From assembly GCA_963836075.1 (NCBI GenBank), contig CAWIIB010000001.1, positions 896,001 through 960,000 on the forward strand: 64,000 nt of DNA, given 5' to 3'. Source of the DNA: an uncultured Acidobacteriota bacterium (lineage in GTDB: Bacteria > Acidobacteriota > JAQAZP01). Under the pieces are notes generated by a model that worked only from the letters and a program-made list of their open reading frames with translations, ran no database searches and was not told the origin of the DNA. This document shows, one piece after another, positions 23,876 to 34,315 of this stretch (position 1 is the first letter of the stretch; every line of letters starts with the position of its first letter). The translations under genes and the position numbers were made by a program.

Positions 23876-24319
23876 TTAGGTCAAGGATACGTATTTCATC
23901 CGCAGTTGGTAGAGCAGGTCACTGAGCAGCTTCTCCTCCTCGGCCTCCAGGTTGCCCGAGGTCTTGTCCCGCAGCATGTTGAGGATATCGATGGTGTGCT
24001 TGGCCATCGGCAGGTTCTGCTCCTGCGTACCGGTGGACGGGTCGGGGAACTCGCCAAAGTGCAACACTGCCGACGTGCCCAGGGAAAGGATGAAATTACT
24101 GAAGTTTACCTCCATCATCGACGGATCGATGGTGGGATTATCCTCAGGCCCCTGCTCGTCGGCAGCCTTTTCTTCCGCTGCCGGGGCTTCCGGCTCGGCT
24201 GGTGAGGTCTCTTCCCTGCGGTCGCCGTCATCAGCGAACTTCCGCTTGTCGGTCACCTTGAACCCCGAGGATTCCTCCTCCCCGGCATCCAGCCCCTCTT
24301 CCTTTTTTTCGTCAACCAT
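23876..24319 (-). CDS. DUF1844 domain protein
   Basis: FKVTDKRKF, FSNFILSL, AKHTIDIL..KTSGNL..E..LL..LYQLRMKYV. Confidence 0.85.
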   Translation of the reverse strand: MVDEKKEEGLDAGEEESSGFKVTDKRKFADDGDRREETSPAEPEAPAAEEKAADEQGPEDNPTIDPSMMEVNFSNFILSLGTSAVLHFGEFPDPSTGTQEQNLPMAKHTIDILNMLRDKTSGNLEAEEEKLLSDLLYQLRMKYVSLT

Positions 24320-24406
24320 TCTCTTTTCCTCCCTTGCGTCCGTGATGCCGTGCCAGCGGCTGCAACGGCAACGGTCTTGTTCGTTTGACCTCGGGGGTCA
24401 AGCGTA

Positions 24407-25846
24407 TCACTCGCCGGACGGCCCGTCTTCCACGGACAGTCCGGCGTATATCGTCTCCAGGATGGAACGCAACCGGTCCCGGCCCGGTTCGTTGATCACG
24501 TATATCCAGTCGCCTCCCGGACGTCGCCCGCAGACCAGCGGCTCTTCCCCGGCGCAGGAGTCGGGAACCGGGGCCACCGTCCGGTCCGGGAACCCCATTT
24601 CCAGGGTCTCCACGGTGACGGCGTCCTCCGTCCCTCCGGAGAGGGTGACGGTGCAGGCCGGCTGCACCAGGTCAGTTGCTCCCAGCAACGATCCATCGCC
24701 AATCCCGGCCAGCTCACAGGCCTCGAGCCCGGTGAGCAGGTCGAGGGCCTGCCGGATGGTTTCTTCAGGCATCGCTGCTTCATCCGGTGAACCGCCTTCC
24801 CTCAGCCAGTGGCCACTACTCTCCTGGCGCCAGGTCAGCGGTTCGGACCCGGCAAGGGCCACGGTCAGGCGGTCAACCTCCCAACTGTATCTGGGAAACG
24901 GCCGCAACTCCCGCCAGCGGTTCACCGGGCGGAGTGCGCTGTCGATGATGGCGGTCTCCACCATCATCACCGTCCCCGCATCGCCGGAAGCGATCAGACC
25001 GTCCCCGCTGTCCGCCAGGGTCCCGAATCGAGCTGCAGTCTCCGACCCGTCAGTCATGGTCAGCGCGATTTGAAAGGTGGGCAGCGCAAGAAGATCCGCT
25101 GCGTCACCAGGGTCGGGGAACTCCAGCGCCCGGCATTCGGTCAGTTCCCAGAGCAGGTTTCCCACCAGTTCGCGGTCCGCGGCAAAGGCCAGTGGTTCGA
25201 CGATCTCCCAGTCGTCGCCCTGTCGCCGGATCACCAGCGGGGGCTGCTCGGCAATCTCGATACGCAGTTCCCGCACCTCTTCCCGCCGGAAGCGCAGCAA
25301 GCGTTTCTCGCGCAGGTCGAACAGAGTGCCGGGGATGGCCTCCACTTCGGCCAGGCTGACCTGCCCCACCTCGCCGGTGTCCCGCACCGCGGCATAGCGG
25401 GCCTGGCCGAACGGCGCCGTACCGCCCAGATCCAGACGGGCCAGCGCGGCGCCGCCATCCCCGGCCGCGGTCACCGTCAGCTTGGGCGGCTCCAGGCCAT
25501 AGGGGGCCAGGCCGTCCTCACCGGGCGGGAAGGGATCGTCCAGGGCGGCCAGCCGGCCCATGGTCTCCAGCAACCGCTGGACCACATCGGGGTCAGCCTC
25601 CAGATCCCCGGGCCCCTCCACCCGCCAGCCGGACTCCTCCCCCTCGCGGTTCACCCGGAGCGCCGGGCCATCCGCCGGCTGGATGGAGACCGTGCGCACC
25701 AGCAGCGGGTCAAAGTCGGAGACCAGACGCCGTGCGGCGGTCTCCTCCCCCGCCTCCGCTTCACGGCCCTTGATGTCGACGAAATAGTAAAATGCGGCAA
25801 GCAGCGCCAGAACCAGCACCGCAACGATGAGCACGGCCCTGTTCAC
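24407..25846 (-). CDS. DUF4340 domain membrane-anchored protein
   Basis: N-terminal TM, YGLEPP, LREKRL repeats; follows GldG-like gene. Confidence 0.78.
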   Translation of the reverse strand: MNRAVLIVAVLVLALLAAFYYFVDIKGREAEAGEETAARRLVSDFDPLLVRTVSIQPADGPALRVNREGEESGWRVEGPGDLEADPDVVQRLLETMGRLAALDDPFPPGEDGLAPYGLEPPKLTVTAAGDGGAALARLDLGGTAPFGQARYAAVRDTGEVGQVSLAEVEAIPGTLFDLREKRLLRFRREEVRELRIEIAEQPPLVIRRQGDDWEIVEPLAFAADRELVGNLLWELTECRALEFPDPGDAADLLALPTFQIALTMTDGSETAARFGTLADSGDGLIASGDAGTVMMVETAIIDSALRPVNRWRELRPFPRYSWEVDRLTVALAGSEPLTWRQESSGHWLREGGSPDEAAMPEETIRQALDLLTGLEACELAGIGDGSLLGATDLVQPACTVTLSGGTEDAVTVETLEMGFPDRTVAPVPDSCAGEEPLVCGRRPGGDWIYVINEPGRDRLRSILETIYAGLSVEDGPSGE

Positions 25847-27399
25847 AGCTTGCGCCTCCGCCGCCAGTGGTTCAGCCCCAGGCCCAGCAGGGCCAGGGGG
25901 TAACCCAGAACCACCACCACGAGGATAAACCGCGACTCGGCCCAGGTGAGATCCACCGTCTCGGGACCCGAAACGGCACGGTCGATACTGATCAGCGACT
26001 CGTCGCCGGACAGCCAGTTGACCGCGTTGAGGAAGAGATTGCCGTTGCCCTGCTGCGGGAAGTGGGAATTGGCGGCAAAATCGCTGTCCCCCACCACCAC
26101 CAGGCGTCCCCCTCGCCGCCCGGCACCGTCTTCGTCGGCAGCCGGCAATTCCAGAGCCGCGGCCACCGACAGCGGTCCGGGCAGGTCAACCCCCTCATTG
26201 AACTCCACCACGTCGAGGGAGGTCTCGGCAAAACTCTCCTCGGCGGTGAACACCAGTTGCACCGCCTCCGCCGGGAGGCCGGCCCCGGCGGGGTCCGACG
26301 GACCGACGGTGCGGCTGAGCGGGAAATAGGAAATGACGGTGAACCCCTCGGTGATCGGGTGGTCGGCATAGCCTGCGGCCACGGGCACCAGGTAGTCGCC
26401 CACCAGGCTCTGGGAGAGCGGGTCCACCACCAGGTTGCGCCCCGCCCGCAGGCCGAAACCGGCCAGCAGCGCGTCCACCTGGGGCTGCTGGTCATCGCCG
26501 GGCGGATCGAGCAGCAACAGGCAGCCCCCGCCGCCCTCCACGAACTCGCGGATCATCTCCGTCTCACCGGCGAGCAGGTCACCCTGCAGACCGGCCAGGA
26601 TCAGCACGTCACAGTCCGCGGGCACGCCGCTGTCACGGATCAGGCTCACCGAGGAGACCTCGAAGTTCTCACGGGCCAGGGCGGCCGCCGCCAGTCCGAA
26701 ACCCTCCTGGCCCTGGTCCTCCGGGTCGCGGCCGCCGTGGCCGGTGATAAAGACGGCCTTACCGGTGGACGGCCGGGTGATCTTGAGCAGCCCGTTGGTC
26801 AACGCCTCTTCGGTGGCCCGGTCCACCGTGGTGGACCGGCCCTGGCAGAGCAGGACCGTGGTCTCGGTGGTGATCTCCAGTTCCCGCGCCTCGGCCGGAT
26901 TGCGCACCGGGTCGATCTCGCGGTGGCGGAGCTGCCCGCCGGACACGTACTGGTACTCGGTGAGCAGGTCGATGAACTGCTGCCGCACCTCCGCGCTGCC
27001 CGGGCTGGACGGGCTGAAACAGACAACGGCCTCCACCGGGGCGGGGAGCTCTTCGAGGATGCCGGCAGTTTGCCGGGTCAGGGTGAAACGGCCCGCTTCG
27101 GTGAGGTCCCAGCGGTAGTGATGATTGTTGGAGACCAGGTTGACCAGGACCAGGATCGCCGCCGCCACTGCGATCAGCGCGGCGCTGTAAGCCCCGTAGC
27201 GCACCGGACGGCTGGTCATCAGTTCAGCCGCCTGCTTTCGGTTGGCCAGCAGACCGCCGGTGAGACTGACCAGGGCCACCACCAGCGCAGTGAGGGGAAC
27301 CCAGGGGTTCACCGCCGGACCGATGAGGTAGAACCCCAGTGCCGTCAGGCCGGCAACCGCGGCAATGGTGAAACTGTGTCCGGGCTGGATTCGAACCAT
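25843..27399 (-). CDS. GldG-like ABC auxiliary component
   Basis: RWDLT...FTL, TGHG, VVVGDSDF, GNGNLFLNAVNWL, C-terminal TM. Confidence 0.85.
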   Translation of the reverse strand: MVRIQPGHSFTIAAVAGLTALGFYLIGPAVNPWVPLTALVVALVSLTGGLLANRKQAAELMTSRPVRYGAYSAALIAVAAAILVLVNLVSNNHHYRWDLTEAGRFTLTRQTAGILEELPAPVEAVVCFSPSSPGSAEVRQQFIDLLTEYQYVSGGQLRHREIDPVRNPAEARELEITTETTVLLCQGRSTTVDRATEEALTNGLLKITRPSTGKAVFITGHGGRDPEDQGQEGFGLAAAALARENFEVSSVSLIRDSGVPADCDVLILAGLQGDLLAGETEMIREFVEGGGGCLLLLDPPGDDQQPQVDALLAGFGLRAGRNLVVDPLSQSLVGDYLVPVAAGYADHPITEGFTVISYFPLSRTVGPSDPAGAGLPAEAVQLVFTAEESFAETSLDVVEFNEGVDLPGPLSVAAALELPAADEDGAGRRGGRLVVVGDSDFAANSHFPQQGNGNLFLNAVNWLSGDESLISIDRAVSGPETVDLTWAESRFILVVVVLGYPLALLGLGLNHWRRRRKL

Positions 27400-27412
27400 C
27401 GTTCCCGTCCCC

Positions 27413-28201
27413 TCAGCGCTTCCAGCGAACCGCTTCCACCGCCCGGCCGGCCAGCAGCAGGAAGAAGGCGATGAAACTCAGGTAGTAGACCACGTGCCGG
27501 GTGTCCAGCACGCCCTTGGTGAAGTCCTCGAAGTGATCGAGAAACGAGATATAGGTCATCAGATCGGCCATGGGGCCGCCGGCCACGGTGGCGGCCCAGG
27601 AAATAATCCAGAAAAAGAGCAGGGTGGCAAAGGTCAACACCGCGGCGATGATCTGGTTCTCGGTAATCGAGGAGGCGAAGGTGCCCACCGCCACGAAAGC
27701 GCCGCCCAGCAGTAGCAGCCCCAGATAGCCGGTGAGGATGGACATGGTTTCCGGGCTGCCCACCAGGTAGAGGGTGGCCGGAAAGAGTGCCGAGCAGAGG
27801 AGGAGGATGAAAATCATGGCCAGGCCGGCCAGGTATTTGCCGGCCACCAGTTGGGCCACGGTGAGCGGCGAGGTGAGCAGGAACTCGTAGGTCCCCTGCT
27901 TCTTCTCCTCGGAAAAGAGCCGCATGGTCAGCGCCGGCACCAGCAGCAGAAACAGGATCTGGGTGTTGCCGAACAAGGGGCGCAGCACCCAGCCGTTGAG
28001 GTTCACCTCCTCCAGCATCCCCTCGTAGGCCGGATCGCCCATGTACTGGTAGATCTGTGTGGAGGTACTGGCGAAATCGGCGAGAAAGATCCAGAAGAAA
28101 CCGCCAAAGAGCAGCAGGAAGAGGGTGATCACCGTCCAGGCGATGGGCGAGGAGAGGTAGGATCTCAGTTCCCGGGCGGTGATGGTCCAGACGATTCTCA
28201 T
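27413..28201 (-). CDS. ABC-2 permease (GldF-like)
   Basis: RELRSY..SP, PALTMRLFSEEKKQGT.E.LLTSP, STENQIIA-like motif. Confidence 0.9.
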   Translation of the reverse strand: MRIVWTITARELRSYLSSPIAWTVITLFLLLFGGFFWIFLADFASTSTQIYQYMGDPAYEGMLEEVNLNGWVLRPLFGNTQILFLLLVPALTMRLFSEEKKQGTYEFLLTSPLTVAQLVAGKYLAGLAMIFILLLCSALFPATLYLVGSPETMSILTGYLGLLLLGGAFVAVGTFASSITENQIIAAVLTFATLLFFWIISWAATVAGGPMADLMTYISFLDHFEDFTKGVLDTRHVVYYLSFIAFFLLLAGRAVEAVRWKR

Positions 28202-29145
28202 TGGCCTGACAGGTCCTCTTCGGTGGTCAACTGGAGGAAGACCTCCTCCAGACTCAGGTCGTCGCTGCGCATCTCCAGCAGGCCCCAGCCGCGCTCAACC
28301 GCCACCCGGGCCAGCTCTTCGCGAACATCATGATCCAGGGCGTATTCCACCCGGTGGACCGTTCCCCCGCCATCCGCTTCCTCTGCTGACCGCAACACTC
28401 CCTCCAGGGCGGAAAAGGCGGCGTTGACCTCGGCCGCCTCGCCCCGAGCCAGCCGGACAATGAGTCGGCGGGCCTGCTGGACCCGCGACTGCAGGCCCTC
28501 GTAGGTGTCTTCCGCCACCAGGCGGCCCTGGTTGATGATCACCACCCGCTGGCAGGTCATGGTCACTTCGGGAAGGATGTGCGAACTGAGGATCACCGTG
28601 TGGTCCCCGGCCAGTTCCCTGATCAGGTTGCGGATCTCGATGATCTGCAACGGGTCGAGGCCGATGGTGGGCTCATCGAAGATCAGCACCTCCGGATCGT
28701 GGACCAGGGCCTGGGCGATGGCCGCCCGCTGCCGGAAACCCTTGGAGAGGTTGCGCAGAAGGCGGCCCTTGACGTCGCCCAGGGCGCAGCGCTCGATGAC
28801 CCGGGAAACTCCGCGGCCCACCGAGCGGGACGCCACACCCTTGATCCGGGCGGCAAACCCCAGATACTCGGAGACGGTCATTTCACCGTAGAGCGGGGGG
28901 TTTTCCGGCTGGTAACCGATGATCCGGCGGGCCGCCCGACCCTCCCGTCCCAGGTCGAACCCGCCCACCACGGCCCGTCCCCCGCTGGGCGGGATGAACC
29001 CGGTGAGCATCCGCATGGTGGTGGTCTTGCCCGCACCGTTGGGACCGAGGAACCCGAGAATCTCCCCCTTGCGAACGCTGAAGGAGATGTCATCCACCGC
29101 CCGGCGATCACCGTACGCCTTGCTCAGGTTTTCCACCGTGATCAT
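28198..29145 (-). CDS. ABC transporter ATP-binding protein (GldA-like)
   Basis: GPNGAGKTT, LSKGFRQR, FDEPTIGLDP. Confidence 0.93.
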   Translation of the reverse strand: MITVENLSKAYGDRRAVDDISFSVRKGEILGFLGPNGAGKTTTMRMLTGFIPPSGGRAVVGGFDLGREGRAARRIIGYQPENPPLYGEMTVSEYLGFAARIKGVASRSVGRGVSRVIERCALGDVKGRLLRNLSKGFRQRAAIAQALVHDPEVLIFDEPTIGLDPLQIIEIRNLIRELAGDHTVILSSHILPEVTMTCQRVVIINQGRLVAEDTYEGLQSRVQQARRLIVRLARGEAAEVNAAFSALEGVLRSAEEADGGGTVHRVEYALDHDVREELARVAVERGWGLLEMRSDDLSLEEVFLQLTTEEDLSGQ

Positions 29146-29462
29146 TTGTCGGCGGCCTTGTCTCCGGTCACGCCCTGACCATCGGGGGTTTCCACGTCTA
29201 CCTCGCGCAGGCGCTCGTTGGCCAGCACCTGCTGCACCATGGCCAGTCTCTCGGAGAGAATCCTCACGCTCTCCTCGAGGGAGTTGACCCGCTCCAGCAG
29301 GTGCTCGTCGAGAAAACCCGAATCGAAAAGGGTGGCGTCCTCGGCCTCCTCGGCCCAGTTGACCACCATCAGCCGTGCCCGGCACTTGTGGCAGTATTTG
29401 TCATCCGCATCGTTGCGTGCCCGGCACTGCTGGCAGAAGATGATTTCAGTTTCATTTTTCAT
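29142..29462 (-). CDS. Small zinc-ribbon / coiled-coil protein
   Basis: CQQC..CHKC then heptad-like helix; ATGA overlap with ABC ATPase. Confidence 0.7.
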   Translation of the reverse strand: MKNETEIIFCQQCRARNDADDKYCHKCRARLMVVNWAEEAEDATLFDSGFLDEHLLERVNSLEESVRILSERLAMVQQVLANERLREVDVETPDGQGVTGDKAADK

Positions 29463-29536
29463 ACTGCTCTGGTTACTCCCCAGTGAACGGGCCGGTTGAG
29501 CGGCCCGATGATAGACCACGCCAAAATAAGGGACGA

Positions 29537-29566
29537 ATTATATTTTCCGCCTGCAATTCATGTCAA
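29537..29566 (-). promoter_or_regulatory. sigma70 promoter of zinc-ribbon/ABC operon
   Basis: TTGACA-N18-TATAAT. Confidence 0.65.
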
Positions 29567-29595
29567 GAAAAGAGTGCGCCCAAGTCAGTCAACGT

Positions 29596-29624
29596 TTGAA
29601 CGGCTGATGGCCCTCAACTACAAT
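29596..29624 (+). promoter_or_regulatory. sigma70 promoter of hflX
   Basis: TTGAAC-N17-TACAAT. Confidence 0.55.
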
Positions 29625-29675
29625 GTACCATACTTATGCGTTAAAAACCCGGGGAGGAGGCACAAGCGGCAGATC

Positions 29676-30830
29676 ATGCCTGCAAGGACAACATCAAACA
29701 CGCGGGAGAAGGCGGTGCTGGCGGGCATCGTGCTCCGCGGCACGGACCGCGAAACGGTGGAGGAGCACCTGTCGGAGCTGGCCGCCCTGGCCGAAGCCGC
29801 CGGCGGTGAGGCCGTGGCCACCCTGATCCAGGAGCGGACGGCCATCGACCCCCGCACCTTCATCGGCCGGGGCAAGGTGGACGAACTGCACCAGGTGGTG
29901 CTGAGCCACGATGCCGGCCTGGTCATCTTTGACGACGACCTCCGCCCCACCCAGGTCAAGGCGCTGGAAGAAATTCTCGAGGTCAAGGTGATGGACCGCA
30001 CCGGCCTGATCCTCGACATCTTCGTCAACCGCGCCGCCACCAGCGAAGCCAAGATCCAGGTGGAGCTGGCCCAGTTGCAGTATGCCCTCCCCCGGCTGGC
30101 CGGGCTGTGGAGCCACCTGGAACGGCAGCGGGGTGGTATCGGCCTGCGCGGCGTGGGAGAGAAGCAGATCGAGACCGACCGGCGGATCATTCGCCAGCGC
30201 ATCGCCCGGCTGAAGAAGGACCTGGCCAAGGTCCAGGTCCAGCGGCGAACCAGGCGGAAAAAACGACAGGAACACTGGCGGGTGGCCCTGGTGGGCTACA
30301 CCAACGCCGGCAAGTCAACCCTGTTCAACGGGTTGACCACCGCCGAGGTGCCCACCCGGAACCAGCTCTTCGTCACCCTCGACACCACGGTACGCACCCT
30401 GGCCGGCGATGGCGGTCGCCAGGTGCTGCTCAGCGACACGGTGGGCTTCATCCGCAAACTGCCCCACCTGCTGGTGGAATCGTTCAAGGGCACCCTGGAG
30501 GAGGCGGTGGAGGCCGACCTGCTGCTGATGGTGGTGGACGCGGGCGACAAGGGATGGCGGGACCACCTGAAATGGAGCGCCGGCGTTCTCGAAGAACTGG
30601 GAATCAGTGACAAGCAGGTGATTCACGTCTTCAACAAAATCGATCTCCTGGGAAAAATTCAGCGGGCCGACGTGGAGATCGGCAGCGAACATCCTCTCTC
30701 CATTGCCGTATCAGCTACTACGGGGGAAAACATGGCCCGCCTGCGGCAGATGATCCTCCACGTGCTGTCGGGCCGGGACCGAAACGGCACCGGTTCGTTT
30801 GAAAATGCCCAGCCGGCGGAGAAGCCATGA
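29676..30830 (+). CDS. hflX: GTPase HflX
   Basis: QVELAQLQY.LPRL, GYTNAGKSTL, LFVTLD, DTVGFI, NKID. Confidence 0.96.
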   Translation: MPARTTSNTREKAVLAGIVLRGTDRETVEEHLSELAALAEAAGGEAVATLIQERTAIDPRTFIGRGKVDELHQVVLSHDAGLVIFDDDLRPTQVKALEEILEVKVMDRTGLILDIFVNRAATSEAKIQVELAQLQYALPRLAGLWSHLERQRGGIGLRGVGEKQIETDRRIIRQRIARLKKDLAKVQVQRRTRRKKRQEHWRVALVGYTNAGKSTLFNGLTTAEVPTRNQLFVTLDTTVRTLAGDGGRQVLLSDTVGFIRKLPHLLVESFKGTLEEAVEADLLLMVVDAGDKGWRDHLKWSAGVLEELGISDKQVIHVFNKIDLLGKIQRADVEIGSEHPLSIAVSATTGENMARLRQMILHVLSGRDRNGTGSFENAQPAEKP

Positions 30831-31282
30831 GGCGTTCCGACCTGATCCTCTATCTCGGCATCCTGGTCCTCTTTCTGGGTCTGGTTTCCTGGTTCGTCAC
30901 CCAGGACAGGACCGCCGAACCCGCGGGGCCGGCCGACGCGCCCCCGGCAGACGGAATCCCGGAAATCCCCGAACCGCCGGAGACCGCTGCCGAGGTGGTG
31001 GAGAGCCGGGAGGACGAAGGCGGGTTGCTGGCCTTTGCCCGAAACCAGTTCGAAGCGATCCTGCGGGAGGGCGACCGGCTGGCCGACCGGGTGTGGAAGG
31101 ACGGTCTCACCGACAACCAGCGGGGCTGGATGACCAGCGTCGGCGATCAGTTCTCCCGGCTGAAGGACTTCACCCTCTCGCTGCAGTTCCTGCTGATTCT
31201 CGTCTTCACCGCCCTGCTGGTGGGCCTCTACCACCTGGTGAGCAGCGGCAAGCTGCTGCGCATGATCCGCAAATCCAACTGA
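30827..31282 (+). CDS. Hypothetical two-TM membrane protein
   Basis: ATGA-coupled to hflX; N- and C-terminal hydrophobic helices. Confidence 0.65.
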   Translation: MRRSDLILYLGILVLFLGLVSWFVTQDRTAEPAGPADAPPADGIPEIPEPPETAAEVVESREDEGGLLAFARNQFEAILREGDRLADRVWKDGLTDNQRGWMTSVGDQFSRLKDFTLSLQFLLILVFTALLVGLYHLVSSGKLLRMIRKSN

Positions 31283-31431
31283 CCAGTTGATGCCTCGCGA
31301 AACTCGCCTCCATGCCGCGGTTCCGGCCTGGAACCCGGAGCAGGAAAGCGGGCATAAGTGCACATGTCAGGCCCCCGATTGCCGATAAAGATAGTGAGGA
31401 TCTGCAGGAAGGTTCCGATTGGAGGGAAACG

Positions 31432-32728
31432 ATGAGCAACCAGAACGGATCGGTGTACAAACTGCTCCACCGCACCCAGTGGATCTTTCTGGTTGTATCG
31501 ATCATCCCCATTGTGGTGCTGGCCTACCTCTGCGTCCGGTATCTCTTCCCCGCCCTCGGTGAAGGCCAGACAGCTCTGGCGAACAGTATTTACATTATTC
31601 TGGCCCTGACAGTCCTGCTCTCAGTCCTCGGCTATATCATTTCCAGAAGAAGTGCCCTCAACACCATCGAGACAATAAGCGGGAACAACCTCCGGCTGAC
31701 CAACCTCCTGGGCCTGGTCAATCGACTGAACCTGACCACCGACGAGGTCAAGATAGAACAGGAAACCGTCCGTTCGGCAGCGCGGATTCTGGATGCGGAT
31801 GCGGTACTGCTCTATCTGATGGAGGAGGGGAAACTGGTCTGCCGGCACAACGCCGGAGTGCCGCTGACCAAGGGCGAACAGGTCATCTGCGATCCGGGCA
31901 GCGGAGCTGCCGGGCAGGCGGCCATTTCCAAGAAAGTGGTTCAACTGGACGGGCCGGATAAGCCGGCCGGGTTGCCGAAGACCTTCACCGCCCTGCAGGG
32001 CGGCCCGGCTCTGGCCATTCCGCTGCTCTTCCAGAATGGGCTATTCGGTGTGCTGGAGCTGCTGCGCCGCCCTGGCGGAACGCCATTCAGCGCGGAGCGG
32101 AGCCAGATGGCGGAGATCCTGGGCCAATCGGTGGCCTCCACCATTATCAACGCCCGTTTTCACACCTCACAGCAGAATTTCTCCGCCCACTCCATCGAGT
32201 TGCTTCGTCTGGCCATGGACAGCCACATCGTCTGGAAAGGGCACCTGCACAACGTGACCCGCTATGCCTCACTGATCGGACGGCAACTGGAACTCAGCGA
32301 GGAGGCCCGGCGGGAGATCCACTTCGCCGCCATCCTGCACGACATCGGTCTGCTCAAGCTTCGCCTGAGGGGCCGGCTCCTGGACCAGCAGAAGTGCCCG
32401 GACCTCTACCGGGAGCACCCCGTCCTGGGAGCCGAGCTGATCGAACCGATCCAGGTCTGGGGGCACGTGGCTCCGATGATCCGCCATCACCACGAGTACC
32501 TGCAACGGCGAGGGCTACCCCGACGGCCTGACCGGGGAACAGATCCCCCTGGGGTCGCGGATCATCGGCGTGGCGGAGGCGTTCGACGCGATGATCAATC
32601 CCGAGTCCTACGCCGAGACCCGCACCCCGGAGGAAGCCCTGGCCGAGCTGGAACTGTACAGCGGGACGAGGTACGACGAGCGGGTTGTGGGTGCCCTGAA
32701 AGAGGTCCTGGCCCGGGAAGAGATGTGA
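31432..32728 (+). CDS. Membrane GAF + HD-GYP domain protein, +1 frameshift at ~32499-32500
   Basis: Two TMs, GAF, LHDIG, HHE. Removing one C restores YCNGEGYPDGL..IPLGSRII.VAEAFDAM to stop at 32726-32728. Confidence 0.82.
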
Positions 32729-32753
32729 ACTCCTGCCCCTGTCCTGCCCTCTC

Positions 32754-34286
32754 TCACACCGCCATCACGTCGAACTGCTCGTGGTGCAGGTTGTCGTCGC
32801 TCTTGACGGTGATGGTGGAGTTGAGGATCTCCTCCAGGTCCTGGACCAGCCGGTATTCGTCCTCGCGGAAGACCCGGGCCACGGCCGGGTTGGCGCGGAC
32901 GATGAGGTGCTTGCCCTCGATGGCGGTGCGCGACTTGAGCAGTTCGCGCTGGATGTCGTAGCAGATGGTGGTCTCCGACTTGATCCGGCCTGAGCCCATG
33001 CAGTAGGGGCAGGGCTGGCAGAGCAGCCGTTCGAGGCTCTGCTTGACCCGCTTGCGGGTGATTTCCACCAGGCCGAAGTCGCTGATCTGCAGCAGCTTGG
33101 TCCGTGAACGGTCGCTTTTCAGCTCGTTTTCCAGCGCCTCCAGAACCTTGGCCTGGTTCTCCTTCTCCTCCATGTCGATGAAGTCGAGAATGATGATCCC
33201 GCCCAGGTCGCGCAGCCGGACCTGGCGCACGATGGCCTTTACCGCCTCGAGGTTGGTGCGCACCACCGTATCCTCCAGGCGCTTCTTGCCCACGTATTTA
33301 CCGGTGTTGACATCGATGGCCACCAGGGCCTCGGTCTGGTTGATCACGATATAGCCGCCCGACTTGAGCCAGACCTTGGAGCGCAGGCTCTTTTCGATCT
33401 CCAGCTGGATGCCGTACTCCTCGAAGATCGGGTAGTCCTTGCTGTAGAGCCGGATGCGGTTCACCAGTTCCGGCTGGATGCGGTCCATGAACTCCACGCA
33501 CTCCTCGTAAGCGTTCTCGGTGTCGACCCAGACCGCGGAGAAATCGGCGGAGAAGATGTCCCGCAGGGTGCGCTGGATCAGCCCCAGGTCGCGGTGGATC
33601 ACCGCCGGCGCCGACCGGCTTTCGGATTTCCTCCCGATCTCGTCCCAGATCTTCTTGAGGAAGTTCACGTCACGGGCGAAGTCCTCGCCCTCCTTTCCCT
33701 CGCCCGCGGTGCGGACGATGAACCCCTCGTCCGGGCCCTTCTCCGCGCTGATCACATCGCGCAGCCGGCTCCGCTCCGCCTCGTCCTCGATGCGGCGGGA
33801 GACCCCCACGTGCTCGACGGTGGGCATGAAGACCAGGTAGCGGCCGGGGAGAGTGACGTGGGTGGTGATCCGGGCGCCCTTGCCGGCGATGGGCTCCTTG
33901 GCCACCTGGACCAGGATCTCCTGCCCTTCACGGAGCAGTTCGTCGATGGACTGGGACCGCTGGGGGGGGTGGATGTGTTTCAGTTCGTCTTTGTTACCGT
34001 CGCCCTGGCCCTCTTCCTCGACATCCTCTTCGTCATCGATGGTCTCGGCCACCTCGATGCTGTCGATCACGTCGGCCACGTAGAGGAAGGCGTCCCGGTC
34101 GAGGCCGATGTTGACGAAGGCCGACTGCATCCCCGGCAGCACCTTGGTCACCCGGCCCTTGTGGATATTGCCGACGATTCCGCGCTGCTTTTCCCGTTCG
34201 ATGTAGATCTCGGTGAGGAGGTCGTCCTCCACCACCGCCACCCGCGTCTCCTGGGGGTTGGAGTTGATGATGATTTCCTTAGACAT
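32754..34286 (-). CDS. rng: Rne/Rng family ribonuclease
   Basis: S1 domain (GMQSAFV), IDVNTG, LRDLGGIIILDFIDM, CPYC. Confidence 0.93.
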   Translation of the reverse strand: MSKEIIINSNPQETRVAVVEDDLLTEIYIEREKQRGIVGNIHKGRVTKVLPGMQSAFVNIGLDRDAFLYVADVIDSIEVAETIDDEEDVEEEGQGDGNKDELKHIHPPQRSQSIDELLREGQEILVQVAKEPIAGKGARITTHVTLPGRYLVFMPTVEHVGVSRRIEDEAERSRLRDVISAEKGPDEGFIVRTAGEGKEGEDFARDVNFLKKIWDEIGRKSESRSAPAVIHRDLGLIQRTLRDIFSADFSAVWVDTENAYEECVEFMDRIQPELVNRIRLYSKDYPIFEEYGIQLEIEKSLRSKVWLKSGGYIVINQTEALVAIDVNTGKYVGKKRLEDTVVRTNLEAVKAIVRQVRLRDLGGIIILDFIDMEEKENQAKVLEALENELKSDRSRTKLLQISDFGLVEITRKRVKQSLERLLCQPCPYCMGSGRIKSETTICYDIQRELLKSRTAIEGKHLIVRANPAVARVFREDEYRLVQDLEEILNSTITVKSDDNLHHEQFDVMAV

Positions 34287-34315
34287 CCCTGTGGTTCTCC
34301 GGTATCACGGGCGGA

